Positions 35,734-48,700 of a stretch of DNA of 64,000 nucleotides are shown piece after piece (within the stretch, counting starts at the first letter, position 1; each line of letters begins with the position of its first letter). The notes beneath the pieces were generated by a model. It saw nothing but the letters and a program-made list of their open reading frames with translations. It did no database searches and had not been told where the DNA came from. The translations under genes and the position numbers were made by a program. The DNA is taken from contig NC_133619.1 in NCBI RefSeq assembly GCF_048593235.1, positions 651,722,558 through 651,786,557 of the forward strand. The letters are read 5' to 3'. The DNA comes from Sminthopsis crassicaudata (Eukaryota).

Positions 35734-37099
35734 TCGGGCCAGTGCGCCCCTGAGCAAGGATGCCTTTTGGGCGGGGTAGCTCAATCTCTCCGCCCTTTCA
35801 CCCCGCGGCGGCATTCCGGCCCCTCCCTTCACAGGCCAGGCGGCTGAGGTGACTGGCTGCAGTTGGCAGAGCCCGGTTACCCCAAGCCAGCGTGGGTTGC
35901 AGATGGGGGCGGGGTGGGGAAGGATGAAGGGTCCCAGCAAGAGACAAAGTCAAAAAGTCAGCGGGAGAAACTGAGGCTGACACGGAGCCGATGCCAGCCT
36001 GGGCGAGGCAGCCTGCCCGCGGACCCGCCCCACATCCAAGCCCCCCTCGCCCCTTCCAAACCCTAACCCAGAATAGCGTCGGGGACTAAGCCAGCGAGGT
36101 CCTGACAGACAGATCCCGGGAGGGGGGGTCTGGGGCGGGACAGAAGCCCGGGATCCCCCCGGAGAAAGGCGCCCGGAGCTGGGGGGGGAGCCTCAGGTCG
36201 CAGCCGCGCTTCCCACCTATAGGAGCTCAGACAAGCCGCTCAGCCTCGTTGCCAAGCTAGATTCTGGGGTCCCTTCCATCTCTGGGCAGAGGAGCCCAGG
36301 GTAAAGCCACTTAACCTTTCGCAGCCTCAGTTTCCCCATCTGTAAAGCAAGATAGATTCTGGGGCCCCTTGCTGCTCTTACCACATCAGGGCACAGCTCT
36401 CCCCCACCGTAAGCACATCAGCTCCCAAACGGTCTTGAAGTGGAGCCCCCTGAGGTCACTGCAAATGGGGCGTCACGCGGGAGTCCAGGCCCCTCGGACG
36501 CCCACCCTCCTCCCGGGCTCGCTCTGGGGGGACCGCGGCTGCTGGGGCGCTCAAACAAGCACCTCAGGCTTGAGAGGAGGGAGCCGCAGTCCCGGGAAGC
36601 TGTCGGTCTCCATCCCCCACAGTGGGCATCGACTTCGGCTCTTGAGCCGTACCAGGCCCTGGGCGTTGTGCTAGGCAGTGGAGAGTTTGCCAGCTCAAGC
36701 TGCCTCGGACAAGCCTGTGCCCGGGAGTTGGTGCCTCCTGGCAGGAAGCAAGGGCGAGACTCCCTCAGCCATCCCACCCGTCCCCGCGGACGGCTGCGCC
36801 TTTGTCTCCTGCCTCCGGTTCCCGCTTCTCTCCCTCGTTGGACGGCAAGAGCCAGAAAACGGAGCAGCGGCAGCACAAAGGGCAGCCGGCCCAGCCCCAA
36901 GTGGGCCTTGCACCTTGACTCCCTTTGACGCCTGCATCCTGAATCCAACAGGGGGAGGTTGTGCTCTGACTGCGAGAGACTGGCTGCGGAGGGCAGGGAA
37001 AAAAGAGGAGCTCAGGCAGGGGGGAGGAGGGCTCCTGGCCCGGGGTTTTTAATGAGGGAAAAAGGAAGAGTCCAGCACAGCGCCAACATTTTAGGGGAG

Positions 37100-38075
37100 C
37101 AAAAGCCCAGCCAGGCTCCTGTGCCATCTCAGCGGGCCGCTCCCCGCAGGCCTGTGCCATGAGGAAATGAGACAAGCTGCCGCGGTCAGTGACCTGAGCT
37201 CCTACAAGGTGGCCACCAGCCCTGGTTGGACAAGGGCCCAGGCCGGAGGTGCAATATTCGGGGGGATCTCTGCTACGCGGCACCGGGACAAAGAGAAACA
37301 AGGGTGGGGGTTCTAGTCAGCTTCCTATGATTGGGCAAGCGAACTCAGCAAGAGCTCGGCTCCTCTCAGCAAAGAGGGGAGGAATAGTGGGCAGCTCCCC
37401 GCTCGGGCTCACATGCAGACCCGGCGCGACATTCATACTGATTAAAACAGACTCGCCCCCCAGGACGCCCAAGGCCCCGCACAGCTGCTGCTGCACTCCC
37501 ATGGGAGACGCCGACAATCGGGAGGCCCGATGCAGAGGCCGCCCTGGAGTCGGGAAGCCCCCAGTGCAAATCTAACTACAGTCCATCTCAGTTTAATTAG
37601 AAAACGGGATGTTAATGGCAAAAATGGCCAGAACAAACCCCTCAGTTCCACCCAGAAAGTGCTCAAAGAAGGGGAGACGCTGCAGGCTCAGTCAGGCCCA
37701 CCAGGGAGGGCAAGGAGCTTCTACAGACAGACCATTGTACCCAGCGATAGCAAGCTTATACGATCATCAGCTCTGATGGATCTTCGACAAGAAGAATCCA
37801 GGCAGGTCCCAATGATCTCCCAATGGAGAGAGCCAGCTGGCCCAGAGAGGACTGAGTGGACCACAACACAGCATTCTCTCTCTCTCTCTGCTGTTTCCTT
37901 GCATTTTGTTTTCTCCCTTCCCAGTTTTCTTAAGCTGGAAATGTTTTCACCTCTGTCTCTTTGTAGGTTCTATCACTCCAGAATCTGTTTAGAGGCTGGA
38001 TTTAAATTTTTCCTGTTGGAAACTGGAAAAACCTTAGGTAATTTTCTGGCTTCTCTATGCCATTTTGGTTCTGTC
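37100..38075 (-). mobile_element. L1 5'-UTR fragment
   Basis: Minus strand reads agaaccaaaatggcatagag...gcctctaaacagattctggagtgatagaacctacaaagagacagaggtgaaaacatttccagc, resembling marsupial L1 5' ends as I recall them. The lower boundary is approximate. Confidence 0.55.
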
Positions 38076-38729
38076 TTTGCCTTAGATATATGTTTAACTT
38101 ATACACAAGATATCCAAAGTCCTCCAAGGATGATTCAAGAATATATTTAAAGACAAAGTGTTCTCTATCATAATCTATGTTGATGTGTCCCTGACGTGTG
38201 TCAAGGATGTGCATGAGAAGAAGAGATCAAAGAGCTAGAGCTGAAAATATGTTCACAGGAAAGGAAAATATGTAATTACAGATTGTCATTGTGGCTTTCC
38301 TGAAATAGTAGTCCAAGAGGGATAACTAGTAGTTAAGAAAGAGATGCTTCCCAGATAGTTGTTTCTCCATGTCTGCAAGTCTGTTGGTGGGGATAAGATT
38401 GTCTGGAGATTAAAAGTGAAGAATGATGTCTGGGTATTTCCTATAATAGTGGGAGTATATAAAAATGTATATATTGATACATAGATAAACCCAATTTATT
38501 ATAAATTAATAAATTGCCATTTTATTTTCAAACTTAGTTTTCCATGAATGTGACTAGCTTCAGCATTTATGAATTGATGAAACTGAGAATTTATACATAG
38601 GAGGATGGAAACCAGACCTTAGAATTTTATCTATGCAAAAAAGTATCCATCTCGAAATTCCTAATATTGGTCATCATTGAATATATACTTTGAAAATGTT
38701 AATTACATATAATTGTTACTTATCATTAT

Positions 38730-40400
38730 CATTGTTATTACTTCTTGTGTGGTGTTGACTAAGTTACCTAAAATCTTTAAACTTCACTTTCTTAATAGGT
38801 AAAAATAGATTTTCCTAGATTGTCTTTAGGTTCTATTTCCATTCTAGATCTTCGAATTTATTTATACTAAGCAGTGACTTTATTTATTTATTTATTTATT
38901 TTTGCACAAATGGTTGCAAAAGCTGGGTTTTGGATTTAAGTATGCAGATTTGCACAGCTTGTAGGCAAATGGATCATTTACCAGATTCTGTTACTGAAAG
39001 CATTCAAAGCACTGAACTCAATTAAAAATAAACCTCCTGCTGGAGCTGTGCTTTTTCTTATACAGCAAGATAATTATACAAATACGTATTGATATATTGG
39101 ATTTAACATAGATTTCTACCATGCTTAACGTATATTGGACAACTTGCATATTGGGAAGGCAGGTGGGAGAAGGGGGGGGACTGGAACACAAGGTTTTGCA
39201 AGGGCTAATGTTGCAGGATTGTCCACGCTGTGTTTTGAAAAATAAAAAGCTTTAATAAAAAAAATAGCTTTTTATTTTTCAAAAAGATAGTTTTCAAATG
39301 CACTCTTGGAAAACCTTGTATTTCAAATTTTTCTCCCTCCCTCCCCACCTCCCCCATCCCCTAGACAGCAACTAAACCAATATAAGTTAAACATGAGCAA
39401 TTCTTCCAAGCAGTGCTTTTCTTTTTAGTAAAGAAGGGAAGGTAATACACATTTATTAAGCACCTGCTGTATGCCAGACACTGCTAAGTGCTTTACAAAT
39501 ATCACCTCATGATTAGGCCAGTTCCAATGGTCTTGTGATGAAGAGAGCCATCTGTACCCAGTGTGGATCACAACACAATATTCTCACTCTTTTTGTTGTT
39601 TTGCTTGCTTTTTATTTATTTTATTTTTTTCCTTTTTGATCAGATTCTTCTTATGCAGCATGATATTTGTGGAAATGTGGAAATATGTCTATATTGGATT
39701 TAACATCTATTTTAACATGCATAACATATATTGGATTGCTTGCCATCTAGGGGAGGGGGTGAGGAGAAGGGGGAAAAATCTGAAACCCAAGGCTATGCAA
39801 GGGTCAATGTTGAAAAATTATCCTTGTTTTGAAAATAAAAAGCTTTTAATACTTAATGTGCAACAAGAAAATGGCATTTACACACATATATTGTATCTAG
39901 GTTATATTGTAACACAAGTAAAATGTATGGGATTGCCTGTCATCGGGGGGAGGGAGTGGAGGAAGGGGGGATAATTTGGAAAAATGAATACAAGGGATAA
40001 TATTATTAAAAAACCAAATTAATTAATTAATTAAAAAAAAAGAAAAGAAAAAGCTTTAATACAAAAAATCATTTCATTTGATCTTCACAACAAACCCATA
40101 AGGAAGGTGCTCTTCTAAACATCCAATGCTCTTATTAGTAAAGAAGGGAAAGGAAGGGAATATTTATCAAGCACCTGCTGTATGCCAGGCACTAGACTAA
40201 GTGCTTTACAAATATCATTTACAAAAAAATGATCCCTAGAACAATCCTGTAAGGCAGGTGTTGTTATCAACTCCATTTTACAAGTGAAGAAATTGAGACA
40301 AACGGGTGAAGTGCCTTGTGCAGTAATACACAGCTAGTAAGTGTCTGAGGCTGGATTTGAATTCAGACCTCCTGATCTTGGCTAGTGTTCTGTGGCACAC
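38730..40400. mobile_element. Mosaic of MIR/CORE-SINE fragments, L2 tails and short L1 3'-end fragments with A-rich tails
   Basis: Repeated L1-type 3' UTR text (ttttgcaagg...aataaaaagct) and MIR text (attttacaag...aaattgagac, ctggatttgaattcagacctcctga). Confidence 0.75.
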
Positions 40401-41129
40401 CTACCTGACCACAGTATCCTGGACAACAGGCAGTGTCACTTGTTGAACCTGGTCACTTCGGCGCCTGGGGCACCTCCAGATCCTTGATATTGGCTGGACA
40501 TTAGAAGGTCGTCCTGGAGGCAGAAGAGGAAGCTGGGGTTGCCTGAGGGGTGCCCGGGCCTGCTTGGTGAGGGCCAAGGGGCCCTCCATGGCTGAGAGTT
40601 TCAGGCATCCATCGTCTCCTAGACCCCCCCAAGGAAGAGGGCACAACTGAAATCTCTTTTGTGGCTTTCCTGGGATGAGAAAGATCCCGTGCAAGTTAGC
40701 CCCAAACCACAAGGCTGTGGATCCCTCGGCCTAGGACCCCACGGAGTTTGCCATGTTAGCCCCAAACCACAAGGCCCTAGCCCAGCGGCCAGAAGCAGCC
40801 AGGACACTAATCTCTCACTAACCATCCCTCATATCACTCAAAGCCACCAAATGCTTTTTTGGGGCCCCTCTCCCCTTTTTCCCCCCAAACCAGCTAAGAT
40901 GGTCTGGACTTAACTGATAGTCATCTCCTCCTTCAAATCCAGAAGCACGACAGGGGGGGGGAGTTCTTCTCTCTGTGATTCTCACTGGAGAAGCGCTTGG
41001 TAAGGAACGGAAAGGAGGCACCTCCCACCTGGGCAAGCAGGCTTCCAAGGGCTGATGGCAGCATCTGTAGAATCCCATGGACTGAGATGATACAGCAAAG
41101 TTGATCAGGGCAGCTGAGGGATGCTCAGG

Positions 41130-41716
41130 TGTAATGTTCTTCTCTAAATTATAATGTTCTCTGGAAGTAGGTTTCTTGGGGAGCTTCTGCAGGCAGCCTT
41201 AGTTTCAGTTCAGTTCAATAATCCCAAATGCAGCCAATCAAAATCCTTTATTGTCTCCTTCAAAATAGCCAGGTTAGCTTTCTTAGAGGCCTCTCTCTCC
41301 TCTTGGTTCTGGGAGCTCTTGCCACCAGTCCTGTGTCTCTTCCTGCTTCTGCCTCTAACTCTCTCTGAATCCAAAACCTCCAGCCAGCATGAAGGTGGAA
41401 TATGGAATAAATCTGACTCTACTTCCTGGAGTGGGCTTGTTGGTCTGGCCCTGAGAGCTTCTTGCTTATATGCTGTGCACTGAGTGTACTCCAATCATTA
41501 CATCACTGGGAAACCATTATTTGTAGTAGGATAAAATCAATGCTAAAAAACATTTAACCATTGTCTCCTCAACTCCACTCAGTACCTTGTTTCAAATTCT
41601 GGCCCATAACATCTTTTTGTATGATTAAATCGACCATACTGAACCATGCTAAATTAGATAACCATTGTCTCTTATCAATTCCACTGTCTTAGCACTTAAT
41701 AAGAACTTAATAAACA
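41130..41716 (-). mobile_element. 3' LTR of an endogenous retrovirus, 587 bp
   Basis: TG...CA termini (41716/41130), preceded by the polypurine tract AAAAGAAAGGGGGAGA; TATAAG at ~41470-41465 and AATAAA at 41253-41248. Confidence 0.85.
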
Positions 41717-44700
41717 TCTCCCCCTTTCTTTTGATTTAGAACATAGGGTGGTCATGACCTTGAAACATAAATCCATCAATATGGGAGGCATTACACATAA
41801 TTACATAGATTACATAAACACATAGTAACATAGTAACATAACACATGCTAGAAGTATGTAACAAATAACATGATCAAATAATCATAAATTGAGAATTGAT
41901 AAATGTCCATAAGTCCATTGTCCATTATTCTCATCTTGTGTTAGGAAGTCCAATGATTCCTGCTGGTTTTAAAGTTCTTTAACAGTCTTATTAGCCATGC
42001 TCTTTCAGTGTCAGATGTTTCTTAGATTTTCTCCTTTATTTTGAGGTCTTTCTCTTTTTCTATCTCTCTCTGATGGACAAGGCGAATACGACTCGTTGGC
42101 CCCCATCTGATTCCTTCTCCTTCTGAAGAAATACAAGCAAACCTTCTCCCCCAAGCAGTTAACCTATCTGGTCCTTTCATTCACCACTTTCTGGGTCTCT
42201 CCACATCACCTGGCGATTATCTAAGGACACTGGAGCTGCTCGCACTGGACACTGACCTTCTGGTGGGTTATAAAACCTGTCTGCTTGAGTCAGTGCATCT
42301 TTGTGAAAATAAAGAAGTTAATAGTATAAAGAGCTAGATTTAGAAGTTCTGTAGGATTACCTGTGGCTCCCCCTTTCTTTTGTTTTTGGAGGAGCATCTT
42401 AATGTCTCTTTCTCCTCTCTATTATTGCCTGTCCTTGCATTAAAGGATATGCCAGTGGTGTGTAAAATCTTATACTGTGCACAAAAGTGTACAATATGTT
42501 TAGAAGTATATGCAGGTTCATTGTCTGTTTTTATTGCTTATGGCACACCCATAGTTGCAAATGCATGTATAAGGTATTCAATGATCACTCGGGCTGTCTC
42601 TTTTGCTGCTGGTATTGCAAAAGTGAATCCTGAAAAGGTGTCTACCACAACGTGGATAAAAGACGACCAAAAGATTTATAATGGGTCACATCCATTTGCC
42701 AGATTTCATTAGGTCTCAAACCAGTAGGGTTCTTCCCTGAAGAAGAGTGTAGGAGCATGGAAAGGAATGCAAACTGTACAGGCTTATACTATGCTCCTAG
42801 CTTCTCTTATTATTCCAAATTGTAAACGTAAAGCTCAAGCAGCCTGATGATATTTAGAATGAGATTCTTGGGCTTCCTTAAATAAAGGAGTATTGGCCAA
42901 CATGGTTAGAAGGCTATCTGCCTTTGAATTTCCATCAAAATTAGGACTTGGAAGTCCACTATGAGAGTGGACATGCAAGATATAAATCTTACCTGGATGC
43001 TTTCTCACTTGCTCTTGAAGTTCCTTGAAAAGCTGATATACATTGGAGGCTACAAATTTTATTTGGGCTGTGGCAATTCTTTGTACCACACCTACTGAAT
43101 AGGCCAAATCAGATATTATATTTATATCTCCTGGATAATAAGTAAGAACTAGAATGATTACATACAATTCATTCTGCTGAGTGAACTGAAAAGGAGTTCT
43201 GACTACTCTCTTTATAGTTAAGTCACAAGAATATACAGCGCAAATATTATGTTTGGAATTTCTGTACAGATAGTTGGTCCTTTAAGAGGAATTTTAGAAA
43301 CCTTTTCTTCAAGAATTCATCGCCAATTATGTAACAGTCTGGTTATCTTTAATGGAAACCCATGTGTAAAATTTGGAGCCAGGGCTAATAAAATTTGCCA
43401 CTCTGGGATGGTTTCACAGCATACATTGACTTGTGCATTAGTATAAAAGGTGTATATCTTGTCAGGACTTATCCCAGATAATTGTACTGCTTGTTTAATG
43501 GACTTTAATAAAATTCTAGACACAAGCACTGGGTAAGGAGTAAGGGTTTGTTCTGATTGTGCTAGGGGGTTCACCCACTCTATCACACTGTCTCCTTGAT
43601 GAAGGACTGCTGTGGGTGTCTCTTGTGTAGCAAAAACTGATATTTCCAACGGTTTTTGAGTGACTCTTTCAACCACATTGGATAAAAGCCAGTTCAACTT
43701 GTCTCAAAGCCTCTTGAGCTTCTTTTGTAAGCTGGCGTGGTGAATTTAAAGCACTGTCTCCCCTTAAAATGTCATATAGAGGTTGCAATTGATTGGTAGT
43801 TAAACCTAACACTAGACATATGCATTGGATATCCCCTATCAATTTCTGAAAGTCATTTAATGTGTTTAGCTTCTCTGTTCTTAAGGAGAGTTTTTGTACT
43901 GTAAGCACCTTAGGGTATACTTCATATCCTAAATATTGAAAAGGAGCATGTCTTTGAATTTTCTCTGAAGCTATGTGCAATTTATAATTCCTCAGTGTTT
44001 CCATGGTCTTTTATAGACATGCTTCTAACATTTGTTCCTCAGTTACACATCCCAATATATCATCCATATAATGTAATAATATGACTTTTGGAAATGCTTT
44101 TCTTACTGGAGTAAGAGCAGCAGCAACATACATTTGGCACATAGTAGGGCTGTTTTTCATTTCCTGTGGCACAACTGTCCATTCAAATCTTTTATAAGGC
44201 TCAGCCAAATTAACACTAGGCATTGAAAAAGCAAATCTTTTCATATCCTCCTTATCTAGAGGGATAGAATAGAAACAATCCTTAATGTCTATAACCTATA
44301 GAGGCCATTCTCTTGGCAACTGAGTAGGAGATGGAAGTCCAGGCTGAAGAGTGCCCATAGTTTCCATCTGTTCATTTACCTTTCTTAAATCAGTCAACAT
44401 CCTCCATTTTCCAGATTTCTTTTTTTACAACAAATATTGGGGAATTCCAAGGACTTAAGAGAAAGCTGTAAGTGTCCTTGGTCAAGTTGCTCCTGTACTA
44501 TGTCTAATAAGGCCTGAATTTTATCACTACCTAAGGGCCACTGTTCCATCCACACTGGTGTTTCAGTTTTCCATTGGATAGGAACTGGTGAGAGTGCTGG
44601 CAGGCCTTCAACAGCAGCACTGCCTAAAAAGCCAAAGTACTTATTTGTAATTCGAATTGTTGTAAAATGTCTCTTCCCAACAGATTGATGGGGGCTTTTT

Positions 44701-45320
44701 CAACTATAAAAGGAGTAAACATTCCTGTTTCATTTTCAAATATCCATCTCCAAAGGATACCACTAACTTCTGCTGCTATTGATTCTCCTACGACAGATAT
44801 GTAGGTGTCTGCCTTAATCTTTGGCCAGTTGGCACCTCTAATGATTGTGCAATCTGCACTTCCATTTATATAAATAGTAAGCATAGGTTGGTCCGCTGTC
44901 ATGGCTGCTGTCCAGTATATTCCTGGACCGTGCTGCTTGGAGTCAGAATCTGGGCAACTGTCACCAGATTGTTTATTAGGGGTATGTAACAGTAAGCCTG
45001 ATGCTACTTACTATTTCTCCTGGTTGATAAGTCACACATTGTCTACCTGTATTAGTGACTGTGATATTAGGTACACATTCCCCAGTTTCCCACATAAGTG
45101 TATGGCTGAACACTGTTTTGTAAGCACTCTCAGGAGGTGAAATAGGCAAGTCTACTGTGCCTGGAGGCAAGGTATCCATAGGCTGGAGAGGAACAAATTT
45201 CACCTCTCCAGGGGATATCTCAGAAGTCCCTACTGCATACAACTCTATTTTTACTAATTGCAATCCCTTTTTCCCCTCTGATTGCTTCTTGGCTGATTGA
45301 TCATGTAATCCCATCTGCCA
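41717..45320 (-). mobile_element. Defective class II (betaretrovirus-like) ERV internal region: dUTPase-like/protease, RT, RNase H, integrase; no gag or env
   Basis: Protease INLLGRDIL (44624-44902); [43 protein letters not shown]; RNase H HVHSHSGLP...GNSKADSL; integrase WQMDVTH, VVVDTFSGF, IKTDNEPAY. Multiple stops and frameshifts. Confidence 0.95.
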
Positions 45321-45749
45321 TCATGTATTAATATTGAATTTCTTCAATATTAAGTTAGAGACTGATCAGAGAAAGGCAAATGAATCCAACAAGGAGAAGA
45401 AGTGGGATTTGTCTGAAGAGACCGATGTGGATGCACAGGGAACTCACCCACAAACTTTTTTTTTTAAACCTAGCATTCCATTTTCCCCTAATTATATGTA
45501 AAAACTATTTTAATATTCAGGGGGAGGGGCAAAGTCCAAATGTCAAGCATCTGAGGCTGGATTTGAACTCATATTCTCCTGACTTCAAGTGCAGTGCTCT
45601 ATTTGCTCTGCCAACTAGCTGCACCTGTTTGCTTGTTTTTTTCAAATTTTGAGTTCCAAATTTCCTTCCTCCATTTTCTCCTCCTCCTCCTTCAACCCAC
45701 ACCCCACTGAGAAGGCAAAAAAGTTGACCTAGGTTCCACAAACTGATTT

Positions 45750-48700
45750 TTAAAAAGAAATAGGCAGAAATTATCATGTTGCAGATGATATGATGTTATA
45801 CTTAGAGAACCCTAGAGAATCAACTAAAAACTATTAGAAACAATTCATAATTTTAGCAAAGTTGCAGGATACAAAATAAATACACATAAATCATCAGCAT
45901 TTTTATATATTACTAACAAAGTTCAGCATCAAGAGATCCAAAGAGAAATTCCACTTAAAATAACTATTGATATTATAAAATATATGGGAATGTACCTGCC
46001 AAGGCAAAGTCAGGAACTACACAAATATAACTTCAAAACAGTTTCCACACAAAGTCACATCTAATCGGTTGGAAAAATATCAAGTGCTCATGGGTAGCCC
46101 GAACAAATATAATAAAAATGACAATACTACCTAAATTAACCTACTAATTTAGTGTCATACCAATCAAACTCCCAAGAAATTATCTTACAGAGCTAAAAAA
46201 AAAATAACAAAGTTCATCTGGAAGAACAAAAGGTTAAGAATTTTAAGGAAATCAATGAAAAAAAATGCAAATGAAGAACTAGGTCTAATTGGATCAGACC
46301 TAAAACTATATTATAAAGCAGCAGATATCAAAACCATTTGGTACAAACTCCTTTTATGACACAGACATGGTACTGATACCTAAACCAGGTAGATTGAAAA
46401 CTGAGAAAGAAAACTGTGGACCAATCTCCTTAATGAATACTGATGCTAAAATCTTAACCAATCTCCTTAATGAATACTGATGCTAAAATCTTAAATAAGA
46501 TATTAGCAAAAAGACTTCAGAAAATCATCCCCAGGATAATACACTATGATCAAGTAGAATTTATACCAGGAATGCAGGGCTGGTTTAATATTAGGAAAAC
46601 CATTAGTATAATTGACCATATTAATAATCAAATTAATAAAAACCATATGATCATCTCAATAGATGCAGAAAAAGCAGTTGATTATATCCAACATCCATTC
46701 CTACTAAAAACGCTTGAGAGTATAGGAATAAATATTTAAGACCGTTAGTAAGCATAATATGTAATGGAAATAAACTGGAACCTTTCCCAGTAAGATCAGG
46801 AGTGAAACAATGTTGCCCACTATCACCATTACTATTCAATATTGTATTAGAAACTCTAGCCTTGGCGATAAGAGCCGAGAAAGAGATTAGAGGAATAAGA
46901 GTAGGTAATGAGGAAATCAAACTGTCACTTTTTGCAGATGATATGATGGTATACTTAGAGAACCCCAGAGATTCTAATAAAAAGTTATTAGAAATAATTC
47001 ACAACTTTAGGAGAGTTGCTGGATACAAAATAAATCCAGATATATCCTCAGCATTTTTATACATCACCAACAAGTGCAACAGCAAGAGATACAAAGAGAA
47101 ATTCCATTCAAAACAAATGTCGAGAGTATAAAATATTTGGGAATCCATCTACCAAAGAAAAGTCAGGAATTATATGAGAAAAATTACAAAATGCTTGCCA
47201 CAAAAATAAAGTCAGATTTAAATAATTGGAAAGACATTCAGTGCTCGTGGATAGGCCCAGTGAATATAATAAAGATGACAATACTCCCCAAACTAATCTA
47301 TTTATTTAGTGCTATACCAATCAGACTCCCAAGAAACTATTTTAATGACCTAGAAAAAATAACAACAAAATTCACATGGAAGAATAAAAGGTCGAGAATT
47401 GCAAGGGAACTAATGGAAAAAAAGTCAGAGGAAGGTGATCTAAGTGTACCTGATCTAAAGTTATAAAGCAGCAGTCACCAAAACCATTTGGTATTGGCTA
47501 AGAAATAGACCAATCGATCAGTGGAACAAATTAGGTACAAAGGACAAAAAAGGGTACAACTATAGCAATCTAGTGTTTGACAAACCCAAAGATACCAACA
47601 TTTGAGATAAAAATTCATTATTTGAAAAAAAATGTTGGGAAAACTGGAAATTAGTATAGCAGAAATTAGATATGGATCCACACTTAACACCATACACCAA
47701 GATAAGATCAAAATGGGTCCATGCTTTAGGCATAAAGAATGAGATCATAAATAGATTAGAGGAACAGAGGACAGTCTACCTCTCAGACCTGTGGAGGAGG
47801 AAGGAATTTATGACCAGAGGAGAACTAGAGATCATTATTGATCACAAAATAGAAGATTTTGATTACATCAAACTAAAAAACTTCTGTACAAACAAAATTA
47901 ATGCAAACAACATTAGAAGGGAAATAAATTGGGAAAATGTTTTTACAGTTAAAGGTTCTGATAAAGGCCTCATTTCCAAGTTATATAGAGAACTGACCCT
48001 AATTTATAAGAAATCAAACCATTCTCCAATTGATAAATGGTCAAAGGATAGAACAGACAATTCTCAGATGATGAAATTGAAACTGTTTCTAGTTATATAA
48101 AAAGGTGCTCTAAATCACCATTGATTAGAGAAATGCACATTAAGACAACTCTGAGATACCACTACACACCTGTCAGACTGACTAAGATGACAGGAACAAA
48201 TAATGATGAATGTTGGAGGGGATGTGGGAAAACTGGGACACTGATACATTGTTGGTGGAGTTGTGAAAGAATCCAGCCATTCTGGAGAGCAATTTGGAAC
48301 TATGCCCAAAAGTTATCAAACTGTGCATACCCTTTGATCCAACAGTGCTACTACTGGGCTTATATCCCAAAGAAATACTAAAGAAGTGAAAGGGACCTGT
48401 ATGTGCCAAAATGTTTGTGGCAGCTCTTTTCATAGTGGCTAGAAACTGGAAAATGAATGGATGTCCATCAATTGGAGACTGGTTGGGTAAATTATGGTAT
48501 ATGAAGGTTATGGAATATTATTGCTCTGTAAGAAATGACCAGCAGGATGAATTCAGAAAGGTTTGGAGAATCTTACATGAACTGACGCTGAGTGAAATGA
48601 GCAGAACCAGAAGATCGCTGTACACTTCAATGCTGTATGAAGATGTATTCTGATGGAGGTGGAAATCTTCAACATAAATAAGATCTAACTCACTTCCAGT

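Noticed and set aside
38880-39060. Short unique-looking stretch next to a (TTTA)n run, considered as a retrocopied small RNA or mRNA end
   Set aside because: No recognisable snoRNA boxes, ORF or target-site duplication.
41210-41494. 94-aa minus-strand ORF considered as a processed pseudogene
   Set aside because: It lies inside the ERV LTR, spanning its TATA and poly(A) signals.
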